From: an uncultured Acidobacteriota bacterium
GTDB lineage: Bacteria; Acidobacteriota; Terriglobia; UBA7540
Length of the DNA: 64,000 nt
Reading direction: 5' to 3'
Assembly: GCA_963804995.1 (NCBI GenBank)
Contig: CAWDSK010000002.1
Location: forward strand, 320,001 to 384,000
The translations under genes were made by a program, and so were the position numbers. The first letter of the stretch is position 1; each line of letters begins with the position of its first letter. Below are positions 30,035-39,301 of the stretch, in pieces. The notes under the pieces are model-generated. The model searched no databases, was not told where the DNA came from, and was given only the letters and a program-made list of their open reading frames with translations.

Positions 30035-30364
30035 TCACGGTTTCGCCGCGGGCAGCCGATCTTTCAGAATCTCTTTCAGGTCCTGATTCCCGTGCAGAAT
30101 GGCGATCACTTGCAGTGGCTTGCTTTGAGGACGGTAGACGATGATGTAATTCGGGTACTTGGGAAGGGTCCAGAAAAGCACCGGCAGAGGTGTAATATCC
30201 CGCCTTTTATGCCCCATGAAGGGATATCCAGCGAGCCTGTGGCAGGTGGCGATAATCTCCGCTTCCACCCGGTCGGCGGCTTGCCCGCTGTCTTCCTCAA
30301 TGAACCACCAGATGGCATCAAGATCTTCGGTTGCCTGAGGGGTGAGTTGGAAGGGCGCACTCAT
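30035..30364 (-). CDS. RelE/ParE family toxin
   Basis: LTPQATEDLDAIW, PFMGHKR, YIIVYR, VIAILHG. Confidence 0.9.
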   Translation of the reverse strand: MSAPFQLTPQATEDLDAIWWFIEEDSGQAADRVEAEIIATCHRLAGYPFMGHKRRDITPLPVLFWTLPKYPNYIIVYRPQSKPLQVIAILHGNQDLKEILKDRLPAAKP

Positions 30365-30636
30365 TCCCGCGTCTTCAAGCGTGCGGCGCGGCGCTGATGC
30401 AGCATCTCAACCGCCGCCTGACCGTCCATGAGTTCGCCGCGCTCCGCTTGCGCAAAGCCGGTGGCAATATGGGCCGCCACTGCTGCACGTTGCTCCGCCA
30501 GCCAATCCTCGCTGTGGAGTTGTGCGCGGATGATCTCGAACGCCTGGTCCAGCACCTCGCCGGAGTCGTGATAAACTCCGGATCGGATGGCCAAGTCGAT
30601 CGTTTGCTGATGTTCCGGCTTCAGTTCAATAGTCAT
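30361..30636 (-). CDS. ParD-like antitoxin
   Basis: MTIELKPE...SGVY...EV; ATGA overlap with the toxin. Confidence 0.8.
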   Translation of the reverse strand: MTIELKPEHQQTIDLAIRSGVYHDSGEVLDQAFEIIRAQLHSEDWLAEQRAAVAAHIATGFAQAERGELMDGQAAVEMLHQRRAARLKTRE

Positions 30637-30820
30637 GGCCGTGCCTCCGTGGGTGTGCCGTCGCCTCCCACCCATTCGGCTTCCCCTTTTCCGGTCAAAT
30701 CTAATAGTACAACATCACATCCTTGATGTCTTGCAGCTCCTCTAATATCCGGTAACCATGGTGTCGCCGCGGCTGAAAGTCCGCCAATCTTGAAGGCGGA
30801 CGACCCTTCCTGACCGTGCG

Positions 30821-30935
30821 TTTTCTCATGCCTGATGCTCTTGGCATCTCACGACTTGTTCCTGAGGGCTTTTTCCACCGCTTCGGGGTTTCTCCCGTCA
30901 AGCAGGCGCGCCCGGCGCTTTCCGGACGCCTGTGC
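30821..30935 (-). pseudogene. HigA-like remnant, copy 2 (internally deleted)
   Basis: Nucleotide homology to 29710-29839. Confidence 0.7.
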
Positions 30936-30947
30936 CAGCCGGTCGTC

Positions 30948-31238
30948 TCAGCGATAGTTGCCGGTATGGAGCAACGCTTTGACCTCATTGTGATTCCCCA
31001 GGAAAGAGACGAACAAGTCCGATGGCCGGTCCTGAAAGATGAAGCGTAACGAAACATTGCCGCGACACTCGAAAATCTTGTCGCCCAATTTACGAATCCC
31101 CAGGCCGCTGTGCACATGCGGGCGGCCAAAGGCCTCCGGCAACTCGCACAGCGCTAACAGGCACTCGGCTCTTTCGTTCTTTGGCAGGTTCTGTAAGCGA
31201 CGTAACACCGTGGGGTCAATCGACAGAAGCTTACTCAA
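30948..31238 (-). CDS. RelE-like toxin
   Basis: Small basic ORF coupled to a Phd-like gene; GIRKLG..IFECR, LRFIF, GNHNEV. Confidence 0.7.
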   Translation of the reverse strand: MSKLLSIDPTVLRRLQNLPKNERAECLLALCELPEAFGRPHVHSGLGIRKLGDKIFECRGNVSLRFIFQDRPSDLFVSFLGNHNEVKALLHTGNYR

Positions 31239-31509
31239 GCAGGTTCCTCAGTTGCTCGGTTGAAATGGTCAGCAATTTCCCTGACCGCTTGAGCCGGCGA
31301 TAGCGTTTATCAGTCGAGTCCGCGAACGCCGCAATCTGCTCTGGCGTCGCCCCGTATTCGCGTTGCGCGTAATCGGTGGGTTCCACCTCAACCCTGCGCA
31401 GAGCAATGATTTCGGCCCCGCGGATAATTCCGATGTCCTCCCCGCGGGCGGCAGCTTCCAGCCAGCGGCTTAGATTCTTTTTGGCGTCCGTAATGGTAAG
31501 AGTCTTCAT
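31231..31509 (-). CDS. Phd/YefM family antitoxin
   Basis: MKTLTITDAKKNLSRWLEAAARGEDI. Confidence 0.85.
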   Translation of the reverse strand: MKTLTITDAKKNLSRWLEAAARGEDIGIIRGAEIIALRRVEVEPTDYAQREYGATPEQIAAFADSTDKRYRRLKRSGKLLTISTEQLRNLLE

Positions 31510-31577
31510 AGAGTCTTTATACAGTCTCTAAAGGGCTTTGTCAATCCCCTCCCGCGGGTGGCGACCTGAGGCATCGG

Positions 31578-31649
31578 GGCGCGCCACGAACCCGGGCAAC
31601 ATCTCTGTCACCGCGTCCAATCCGAGGCTTGTTCCAGGTTCTTAACGGT
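31578..31649. repeat. Inter-cassette repeat B, copy 2
   Basis: Homology to 29903-29974. Confidence 0.88.
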
Positions 31650-31672
31650 GGCACAGGCACTCCTGATGGTTG

Positions 31673-31960
31673 TCATTCGCTGGGCGGAATTTGCTGAGCG
31701 CCGTGGATGACGGCAAGCACGTCGATTTGATCAGGCTTGATGTAGTAGATGATTCGAAAGGGGCCTTCCACTACCTGCCGGATTTGGGGGACGCCGAATT
31801 CCGCGACCTCGCGCCCCGATAGGGGGAACTCAGCGATCTGCTGGGAGCGGCGTGTCAGGCGGTCCACAACGCGCAGAGCGTATTCAGGTGAATTTCGTGC
31901 GACGTAGGCTTGAAGGGCACGCAAATGATCGCGCGCCGTGTCGGTCCAGTGAACTTTCAC
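31673..31960 (-). CDS. RelE/ParE family toxin
   Basis: VHWTDTA, FPLSGR, FRIIY, VLAVIHG. Confidence 0.9.
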   Translation of the reverse strand: MKVHWTDTARDHLRALQAYVARNSPEYALRVVDRLTRRSQQIAEFPLSGREVAEFGVPQIRQVVEGPFRIIYYIKPDQIDVLAVIHGAQQIPPSE

Positions 31961-32145
31961 TTTTCGAGGCCAAACTCTGCGCGGACGGTTTCGACGCTGG
32001 TTGTGCGCCCGGCCTGACTATCAGCGAGCCCCGATTCGATGGCCTGACGCACGTAGATCTTGTGCATCAGGTCGTCCCAGGTGGAGTCGTCCGGCATCTT
32101 TTCGATAATCTTTCGAGCCTCGTCCTTGATGTTGGTCGTTGCCAT
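31957..32145 (-). CDS. Putative antitoxin
   Basis: 62 aa, MPDDSTWDDLM...IESGLAD; GTGA overlap with the toxin. Confidence 0.78.
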   Translation of the reverse strand: MATTNIKDEARKIIEKMPDDSTWDDLMHKIYVRQAIESGLADSQAGRTTSVETVRAEFGLEK

Positions 32146-32247
32146 CGTCAGTTTCCCTTCGCCAAACCCAGCGTGCCTCCAGCAATAGTACGACGGCACG
32201 CATCCACGCGCAACCAGTATCAGGGCTAGTCGGTGCCCCGACGCATC

Positions 32248-32313
32248 GGCGCGCCCCACGAACCCGGGCAACAGCTCTGTCACCGCGTCCTATCCGCGGC
32301 CGGTTCCGGCTTC
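32248..32313. repeat. Inter-cassette repeat B, copy 3
   Basis: Homology to 29903-29974. Confidence 0.88.
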
Positions 32314-32330
32314 GGTAGCACAGGCACTCC

Positions 32331-32450
32331 GAAGGTGTGAAAAAATACCATTTTCACCGCTGAGACGCTGAGAAATGACCCTTTGTTTTCAAGCCTCTGC
32401 GCCTCAGCGTCTCAGCGGTGAAAGGTTTGATGGGATTTTTTCACAGCTTC
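32331..32450. mobile_element. MITE copy 2, nested in a GTAGCACAGGCACTCC REP with TCC duplicated
   Basis: GAAGGTGTGAAAAA...TTTTTCACAGCTTC; homologous to 21769-21897. Confidence 0.8.
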
Positions 32451-32505
32451 TCCTGCCTGTGTCCAAGGTTAATGCAGAGCCCACAGGCAGGAGTGCCTGT
32501 GCTAC

Positions 32506-32620
32506 TTACGACTTGTTCATGAGGGCTTTTTCCACCGCTTCCGGATTCCTATCTATCACCGTCAAGTAGGCGCGCACCGCGCTTTCCGGCCGCCTGCGGC
32601 CTTGCTCCCATTCCTGAAGC
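32506..32620 (-). pseudogene. HigA-like remnant, copy 3
   Basis: LQEWEQGRRRPESAVRAYLTVIDRNPEAVEKALMNKS*. Confidence 0.78.
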
Positions 32621-32776
32621 GAGCGCGGGCTGACAACGTATCGCCCCGATGCATCGGGGCGGGTCTTCCTTAGGTTCACTCTCCCGACCCTGAGGGTACA
32701 CTCCTGTTCTTGAGATTTGTGGTTTTCCCTGCGGAAGAACCGCGGACCCCAAAGACGGGGATGCGCGCTACGCTGG

Positions 32777-33124
32777 CTATGTTTTCTGGCGGGTAAACAT
32801 CTCGACCAGCAAGGTCGAAACTGAGGCTGCTGTTTTTGGGGAAATCCTGCCCAACTTGCGGACCAAGCGTTGCCGGTCTATGGCGCGTAGCTGGTCAAGC
32901 GCCACCTGCCCTTGCTTGCCTTGGAAGGTGAGCGCCACGCGTGTCGGATAAGGTCTCGCCACAGTGGTCATGGGGGCAATAATGACAGTCCGCAGGTGGC
33001 GGTTGCTCTCGTCGGGTGAAACAACCAGGCAAGGACGGGTTTTCTGGATTTCCGCCCCCTGCGTGGGATCCAGAGATACCAACCAGACCTCATCCAAGCG
33101 CGGTAGGTCGACTACCACCGCCAC
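32777..33124 (-). CDS. PemK/MazF family toxin
   Basis: LDPTQGAEIQKTRPCLVVS, DQLRAID..RL. Confidence 0.93.
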   Translation of the reverse strand: MAVVVDLPRLDEVWLVSLDPTQGAEIQKTRPCLVVSPDESNRHLRTVIIAPMTTVARPYPTRVALTFQGKQGQVALDQLRAIDRQRLVRKLGRISPKTAASVSTLLVEMFTRQKT

Positions 33125-33360
33125 TCCTCCCGATCGAACTGACTCGAGGGAGTGTCGAGCAACAGTTCATCGTGGGCGGAAGAGCCGGCGGCGCGGAATG
33201 CTTCCTCCCAGCCCTGGCGCGGCAGACGGGCCGGCGCGATCACGAGATGATCGTTTTCGATCCGAAGTTCAACGGCGTCCTCGAAGCCGCACTGTTCGAT
33301 GATGGGCTTGGGGATTCGGATACCTCGCGAATTTCCAACCCGGACAAGTTCAACCTTCAT
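33112..33360 (-). CDS. AbrB/MazE family antitoxin
   Basis: VRVGNSRGIRIPK. Confidence 0.92.
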   Translation of the reverse strand: MKVELVRVGNSRGIRIPKPIIEQCGFEDAVELRIENDHLVIAPARLPRQGWEEAFRAAGSSAHDELLLDTPSSQFDREEWRW

Positions 33361-33441
33361 GGCGGTCAATGACCTCGTGCTTACATTGTAATCACATAAG
33401 AGCTTTTTGGCAAGCGCGGGTGGCGCCCCGATGCACCGGAC

Positions 33442-33498
33442 CGCCACACACGGGCAACATCTCTGTCACGCGTCCCATCCGTGGCCGGTTTTGGCTTC
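33442..33498. repeat. Inter-cassette repeat B, copy 4
   Basis: Homology to 29903-29974. Confidence 0.85.
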
Positions 33499-33676
33499 AG
33501 TAGCACCCCGATGCATCGGGGTGTGCTCTGCATGGAATGCATCAGCTCGAGCCACAGGCAGGAGTGCCCCTGCTACCCTCGGTCCGAAATCGTGCTTGCA
33601 ATTCTGGGATGAAGAAAAGGGTGCAACAGCCGCCTGGGGAAACACGTCGGGCGAAGTCTGAACCTCAATTCTGCCT

Positions 33677-34243
33677 TTAGAAGCGTCCGCGAAAATCGAA
33701 CAGGTCGTCCAGGGAAAGCTGCCAGCCGGGAAAGAGGTTGGAGGTGAGAAGGTGATGGCCTGCGTACGTGGCTTCGACCATATACTTTGCCCCCTGGAGT
33801 GTCAAAACCTCGACGGTCTTGGCCTGGGGGTCAATAAACCATACCTCGGGCACGCACGCCTCGGCATAAATCGGGAGCTTGGTGGCGCGGTCGTGTCCGG
33901 CCGTGGAAGGGGACAGCACCTCCACGGCAAGGTCCGGAGAACCCGCAATCCAATTCTCCTGAATGATTCCAGCGCGCGCATTGGAAATGAAAATAAGGTC
34001 CGGCTGCAATACCGTTTCTTCACCCAGGCGCACGTCCAAAGGTGCTGGGCAGACTTCGCCCAAGTGGTTCTTATAGACGTACGGCCCTAAGTCTTGCAAG
34101 AGATGCTGAAGGGTGAGTTGGTGCCGCGTGGCAGGAGATGGAGTCACATGCACCTCTCCATGTACGAGCTCATAGCGCTTCCCGTCGCTGGGAAGTTCGC
34201 GGAATTGCTCAAAGGTAAGCTTGGGAATGACTTCTGTGCCCAT
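33677..34243 (-). CDS. Uma2 family endonuclease
   Basis: YELVHG, QPDL, PDLAVEVLSPST..HDR..K..Y. Confidence 0.92.
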   Translation of the reverse strand: MGTEVIPKLTFEQFRELPSDGKRYELVHGEVHVTPSPATRHQLTLQHLLQDLGPYVYKNHLGEVCPAPLDVRLGEETVLQPDLIFISNARAGIIQENWIAGSPDLAVEVLSPSTAGHDRATKLPIYAEACVPEVWFIDPQAKTVEVLTLQGAKYMVEATYAGHHLLTSNLFPGWQLSLDDLFDFRGRF

Positions 34244-34305
34244 GTGCTTATTATACCCCCACGCGGGCGGCGCAGACATTGCCTTTTATGTATGTGCCCG
34301 ACAAA

Positions 34306-34357
34306 GGGCAACATCCCTGTCACCGCGTCCCATCCATGGCCGGTTCTGGCGTCTTAA
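34306..34357. repeat. Inter-cassette repeat B, copy 5, split by IS1634 at TTAA (continues 36373-36380)
   Basis: Homology to 29903-29974; TTAACGGT resumes after the IS. Confidence 0.85.
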
Positions 34358-36372
34358 CCTGCCTTTCGCACTTCCACCCGCTACCGGGCTGATTTTGGCA
34401 GCTTGCGGTGCACAAGGTCTTTGCCTTCAATGGGCGCGGGTTGAAGAGTGCTTGTAGGCCCGACCTACCCTCTTTTCTGGGGCGCGAAGGTCTGGCATTC
34501 TGGGGCGTGCACCTGAAGATTCATCGACGCAAAAAGGACGGCAAGGAACATCGTTATTTCAGCATCGTCGAGAGTCGGCGCGTGTCGCGCTCGAAGGTCG
34601 TGCATCGGACGGTGCTGTATCTGGGCGAAATCAACGACAGCCAACAATCCGCGTGGCGCAAGACGCTGGAGGTTTTTGACGAGGACCGTCGCGTCCTCGC
34701 GTCCCTGAGCCTCTTCCCGGAGGACCGCGAACTTCCTGCGGATGCTGTGGACGGCGTACAAGTGAAGTTGAGTGAAATGCGCGTTGAGCGGCCGCGCACC
34801 TTCGGTGGCTGTTGGTTGGGCTGCGAGCTGTGGCGCCAGTTGAAGCTGGACGAGTTCTGGCAGGCGAGGTTGCCGGAAGGGCGCGAGGGAGTTCCGTGGG
34901 AGAAGGTGCTACGGCTGCTGGTGGTGAACCGGTTGATCGAGCCGGGCAGCGAATTCCGTGTGCATCGGCACTGGTTCGATCAGACCGCCATGGCCGAGTT
35001 GCTGGCAGTGAACTTCGCGGTGGCCGAGAAGGACCGGCTCTATCGTTGTCTGGATCGAATACTGGCGCACAAGGCGGAGTTGTTCCAGCACCTGCGGCTG
35101 CGGTGGCAAGACCTCTTTGCGGCGCGCTTTGATCTGCTCCTCTACGATCTCACCAGCACCTATGTGGAAGGAGAGGCGGAAGCGATTCCCAAAGCCCGCC
35201 ACGGTTACAGCCGGGACGGGCGGTTCGACTGTCGGCAGGTGGTGATCGCCCTGGTGCTGACGCCGGAAGGTTTCCCGCTGGCCTACGAAGTGATGGAGGG
35301 GAATACTTCCGACCGGAACAGCTTGCGCGGTTTTCTGGACAAGATCGAGAGCGTGTACGGCAAGGCACGGCGGGTGTGGATGATGGATCGGGGAGTTCCC
35401 AGTGAAGAACTGCTGGCGGAGATGCGCACCCCGGGGCGGGAGATGTTTTACCTGGTGGGGACGCCACGGGGCAAGATCCGGCAGTACGAAGCGAAGTGGA
35501 CGGAACTGCCGTGGCGGAAGGTGCGCGAGTCGGTAGAGGTGAAACTGTTCGCGGAGGAAGGCGAGTTGTATGTGCTGGCGAAGAGCGCAGGCCGCCAGGC
35601 GAAAGAGATGGCCATCCGTCGACGCAAGCTGGCACGGCTGTTGTGGAGGCTGCGGGCCTTGCGGCGCGTGTGTCCGACGCGTGATGCGTTGCTGATGAAG
35701 ATCGGAGCAGCCAAGAGTGAAGCCGGACGGGCCTTCGGTTTCGTGAAGATCAGCGTGCCCAAGGCCCAGGAAGAAGTGACTCGCCAGACCTTCCAGTTCC
35801 GGCTCGAGCGCAGCAAGTTGGAGGAAGCGGAGCGGCGCGATGGACATTATCTGTTGCGCACCAATCTGACGGGGGAAAATCCCGAGGTGTTGTGGGACCG
35901 CTACATGCAACTGGCGCAGATCGAAGCGGCCTTTAAGTGTTTGAAGAGTGAGCTGGGAATTCGGCCGATTTATCATCAAATAGAACATCGCGTCGAGGCC
36001 CACATCCTCATTGCCTTTCTGGCGTACGGCTTGTGGGTGACGCTGAAACAGCGTCTGCAGGCCCACGCTCCGGGCCTGACGCCGAAAGCGGTGCTGGAGA
36101 AGCTGGCGGGCATGCAGATGCTCGATGTGTCTTTCCCGACCACGGATGGGCGCCGATTAGTGATGCCCCGCTACACCGAGCCGACACCCGAACAAAAGCT
36201 CCTGTTGCACGAACTGCAGCTCGTGCTCCCCACTCAGCCACCGCCCAGGATCACGGTCCAGCCGGAAATCTTTCCTGCTGGAATGCTGCGTTTGTAGGCC
36301 AGACCTTGGCAATGCCTGTACTGAAAAGAAGCGAGTTAACCCAACTCAACACCCTGAAGTGCGAAAGTTCGG
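34358..36372 (+). mobile_element. IS1634-family insertion sequence
   Basis: Ends CCTGCCTTTCGCACTTC / GAAGTGCGAAAGTTCGG; TTAA duplicated at 34354-34357 and 36373-36376. Confidence 0.9.
34507..36297 (+). CDS. IS1634 family DDE transposase
   Basis: LYDLTSTY, GYSRD, MDRG, IEAAFKCLK, RPIYH. Confidence 0.93.
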   Translation: MHLKIHRRKKDGKEHRYFSIVESRRVSRSKVVHRTVLYLGEINDSQQSAWRKTLEVFDEDRRVLASLSLFPEDRELPADAVDGVQVKLSEMRVERPRTFGGCWLGCELWRQLKLDEFWQARLPEGREGVPWEKVLRLLVVNRLIEPGSEFRVHRHWFDQTAMAELLAVNFAVAEKDRLYRCLDRILAHKAELFQHLRLRWQDLFAARFDLLLYDLTSTYVEGEAEAIPKARHGYSRDGRFDCRQVVIALVLTPEGFPLAYEVMEGNTSDRNSLRGFLDKIESVYGKARRVWMMDRGVPSEELLAEMRTPGREMFYLVGTPRGKIRQYEAKWTELPWRKVRESVEVKLFAEEGELYVLAKSAGRQAKEMAIRRRKLARLLWRLRALRRVCPTRDALLMKIGAAKSEAGRAFGFVKISVPKAQEEVTRQTFQFRLERSKLEEAERRDGHYLLRTNLTGENPEVLWDRYMQLAQIEAAFKCLKSELGIRPIYHQIEHRVEAHILIAFLAYGLWVTLKQRLQAHAPGLTPKAVLEKLAGMQMLDVSFPTTDGRRLVMPRYTEPTPEQKLLLHELQLVLPTQPPPRITVQPEIFPAGMLRL

Positions 36373-36427
36373 TTAACGGTGGCAGCCCAGGTTCCCAGCC
36401 TGCCGGGCGGGGAAGACAAAACGCTTG

Positions 36428-36545
36428 TTACTCCCTGGGTGGAATTTGCTGTGCTCCGTGGATGACAGCCAGGACGTCGATCTGGTCAGGCTTGATGTAA
36501 TAGATGATTCGAAAGGGCCCTTCCAGAACTTGCCGAACTTGTGGG
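36428..36545 (-). pseudogene. 3' remnant of a ParE toxin, paralogous to 31673-31960
   Basis: GPFRIIYYIKPDQIDVLAVIHGAQQIPPRE*. Confidence 0.8.
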
Positions 36546-36848
36546 AGCAGGAGGGAGGAAATCTGCAAGTCCGGCCGGGCGAGGGGTCAGGAGGTCGGGC
36601 TCGGCATCACGTACGCGCCTGGTCTGATATTGCAGGCCCACGACTATTTGTCATTGTGGGACATGTCCCATATGTTGCTCTCCGCGGGGCATAGCGAGCG
36701 AGGTCCCACTTAATTCCCCACCTTCATGCGTTTTCTTCCTATGACTTTTCACGTGCGATTCCGCCGTGCGAAGCTGCATTTCTCCCTCGGCGGGCTCATG
36801 CCGCACCGCATAAAACTTGCGCACCTGGGCGCGCGAAACTTTGAGGGT

Positions 36849-37277
36849 CTACGGTTGTTCCTTCGGACCCGGATCGCTGTGGGTTGGGGTGGCAGGCTCG
36901 CGGGTTGGCATGTGGCACTGGCCGTCGAAGAAACCTCCGGGATCGACCAGCAGGCAGGGTGTATAGATATCGCCGAGCACGATGCCGTGTTCCTTGATTT
37001 CCAGACGCTCGGTGGCGTGCAGCGTCCCTTTCACCTTTCCGGTAACGCTCACGACCTTGGCCTGGATGTCGCCTTCGACTTCTCCCTGGTCGTGGACGAC
37101 CACCGCGCCTTCCGAAGTGATCTCGCCCTTGAAGTGGGAGTTCAGGCGGATGAGCCCGGCGGCGACCTTCATCTTGCCTTCCATCTCCACGCCCGGTTCG
37201 AGCCACCCGACCCAGTCGTCGGGCAAATCGGAAAGTTCCTGGCGACGCGTTGTGGGTTTGCCGATGCCGAATGCCAT
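36849..37277 (-). CDS. Bactofilin (polymer-forming cytoskeletal protein)
   Basis: Beta-helix repeats GEVEGDIQA, GKVKGTL, GIVLGDI, GGFFDGQCHM; downstream of parB. Confidence 0.9.
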   Translation of the reverse strand: MAFGIGKPTTRRQELSDLPDDWVGWLEPGVEMEGKMKVAAGLIRLNSHFKGEITSEGAVVVHDQGEVEGDIQAKVVSVTGKVKGTLHATERLEIKEHGIVLGDIYTPCLLVDPGGFFDGQCHMPTREPATPTHSDPGPKEQP

Positions 37278-37470
37278 CTCGCCCTCCCAAGAGCAGTGGT
37301 TATTGATCAGTGTTTAGTGGCCAGCCTGTAGGAACCAGCAACTACCACTATGCACCAACCCCTCTCCACGAACCACTGCTTTTTTACTGTTTCGCGCTGA
37401 ATTCGTGGGTGCGATTCAGAAGCCGGTGGTCAGCGGCTAGCCACTAACCACTCAGCACTAGCCACGGCCC

Positions 37471-38322
37471 TTATTGCCGCTTCACAATAAATTCGTAGAT
37501 GCGATTCAGATCTTCCGCCGAGTAATAACTGATTTCGATCTTACCCCGTTTCTCGTCGCCGTGAATCTTAACGCGGGTACCGAGCGTGCGTTCCATTTCG
37601 AGCAGTGCCGCGCGTACATTGGCGTCGAGTTTGGGCGCTTCGGGCGCGTCCGGCTTCTTCCCTTGCTCCCGCGTGCGCAGGGCCACCAGGTTTTCGACCT
37701 GCCGGACCGACAAGCCCTGCTTCACGATCAGGCGAGCGAGCTGCAGTTGCGCTGAAGCCGATTCCAGTCCCAAGAGTGCCCGCGCGTGGCCGGAGGAGAC
37801 TTCTCCGTTTACGAGCATGTCCTGCACTTCGGGGGGCAGGCGCAGTAGGCGAAGCGTATTGGTTACGGTCGAGCGCTCCAGTCCGAGCTGCTGGGCAATC
37901 TCCTCGTGGCTCAGCCCGTGTTTCTCGTGCAGCACCTCGTAGCCCTGCGCCGCCTCGATGGGGTTCAGGTCAGCGCGCAACAGGTTTTCCGTGAGGGCCA
38001 GCGCCAGCGCGTCGCGGTCGCCGATGTCGCGCACCAAGGCGGGAATCACGGTAAGCCCCGCCAGGCGCGCGGCTCGCCAACGCCGCTCGCCGGCGATCAG
38101 TTGAAAGCGACCGTCAGAGCGCCGCAGCAGAACCGGCTGCACCACACCGCTGGTCGCTATGGAATCCGCCAACTCCTTCAGCTTCTCCGGGGGAAAATTG
38201 CGCCGGGGCTGGAACGGGTTCGGGTCGATTTGGTCGAGGGCCACCTGCTCGAGGCCCGAGGTAGTGGTCTCAACGGTGCGCAGAAGCGCGTTAAGCCCGC
38301 GCCCCAACGCCTTTCTGGTCAT
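37471..38322 (-). CDS. parB: Chromosome partitioning protein ParB
   Basis: ALGRGL, PNPFQPR, GERRWRAA, ENLLR, HTH. Confidence 0.96.
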   Translation of the reverse strand: MTRKALGRGLNALLRTVETTTSGLEQVALDQIDPNPFQPRRNFPPEKLKELADSIATSGVVQPVLLRRSDGRFQLIAGERRWRAARLAGLTVIPALVRDIGDRDALALALTENLLRADLNPIEAAQGYEVLHEKHGLSHEEIAQQLGLERSTVTNTLRLLRLPPEVQDMLVNGEVSSGHARALLGLESASAQLQLARLIVKQGLSVRQVENLVALRTREQGKKPDAPEAPKLDANVRAALLEMERTLGTRVKIHGDEKRGKIEISYYSAEDLNRIYEFIVKRQ

Positions 38323-39076
38323 GACGGATGACCTCCTGCGCTAATTCGAGATAACTGGTTGCGCCCTTACAATCGGGGTCGTAAAGAAAGATCGGCTTGC
38401 CGAAACTGGGCGCCTCGGCCAGCCGGACGTTGCGTGGGATGATCGTCGAAAATACCTGGTCGCCAAAAAAGTCCCGTAAATCATCGCGCACCTGGTGCGA
38501 GAGGTTGGTGCGCTCATCATACATGGTCAGCAGAATGCCCTCGACCGCCAGCCGGGGGTTGTGGGCGCGGCGAATGCGGATGAGCGTGTCAAGCAGTTCC
38601 GAGACGCCTTCCAGCGCAAAGTACTCGCACTGCACCGGAACAATTACCGTGTCTGCCGCCACCAGCGCGTTGAGCGTGAGCAGATCGAGCGCCGGGGGAC
38701 AATCGAGCAGGATGAAATTGAAGCGCTCGCGCAGGCCGTCAATTTTCTTCCGCAGAACGTGCTCGCGCTCGGCCTGGTCCACCAGTTCGACCGTCGCGCC
38801 CACAAGGTTCTTCTCCGAGGGAATCAGGTGCAGCCCTTCGATGCCACAGGTCACGATACAATCCTGCAAGGGCACGTTGTGCATCAGGGCGTGATAAATC
38901 GAGCGTCGCGCCGGGTCGCGGGGAAAGCCCAGACCGCCGGTCGTGTTCGCCTGGGGGTCACAGTCGATGACCAGCGTCCACATGTCTTGCTTTGCCAGCG
39001 CCGCGCCTAAGCTGATGGCCGTGGTGGTCTTACCGACTCCGCCTTTCTGATTTGCAATCGCGATGACTTTACCCAA
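38291..39076 (-). CDS. parA: Chromosome partitioning ATPase ParA/Soj
   Basis: NQKGGVGKTT, DPQAN, DCPP, QCEYFALEG, RLAEAPS. Confidence 0.95.
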   Translation of the reverse strand: MGKVIAIANQKGGVGKTTTAISLGAALAKQDMWTLVIDCDPQANTTGGLGFPRDPARRSIYHALMHNVPLQDCIVTCGIEGLHLIPSEKNLVGATVELVDQAEREHVLRKKIDGLRERFNFILLDCPPALDLLTLNALVAADTVIVPVQCEYFALEGVSELLDTLIRIRRAHNPRLAVEGILLTMYDERTNLSHQVRDDLRDFFGDQVFSTIIPRNVRLAEAPSFGKPIFLYDPDCKGATSYLELAQEVIRHDQKGVGARA

Positions 39077-39301
39077 TTTCTTTCCCGACTCTCTGGATTT
39101 GAGGTGAATCTAACAGAGGCAGAAGTTTTCCGCAAGCTGCCGGGGCCAAGCGGTGGGTCGACCTGAATACTGTTACACCAATTTTACCCTGCCAAATGGC
39201 GGCGTCCCGATAAGATCGGGATAAATTCCCCCGCCTCTGCATTCAATTGACCCACCACAGGGGTTTGACACGCCTGCTCGTGGGGCGTAGCATCAATCAT
39301 T

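Noticed and set aside
29903..34357. Classical integron attC sites
   Set aside because: No inverted RYYYAAC...GTTRRRY arrangement with a foldable stem, and no intI gene
36700..39300. parS sites near parAB
   Set aside because: No convincing TGTTTCACGTGAAACA-like palindrome seen
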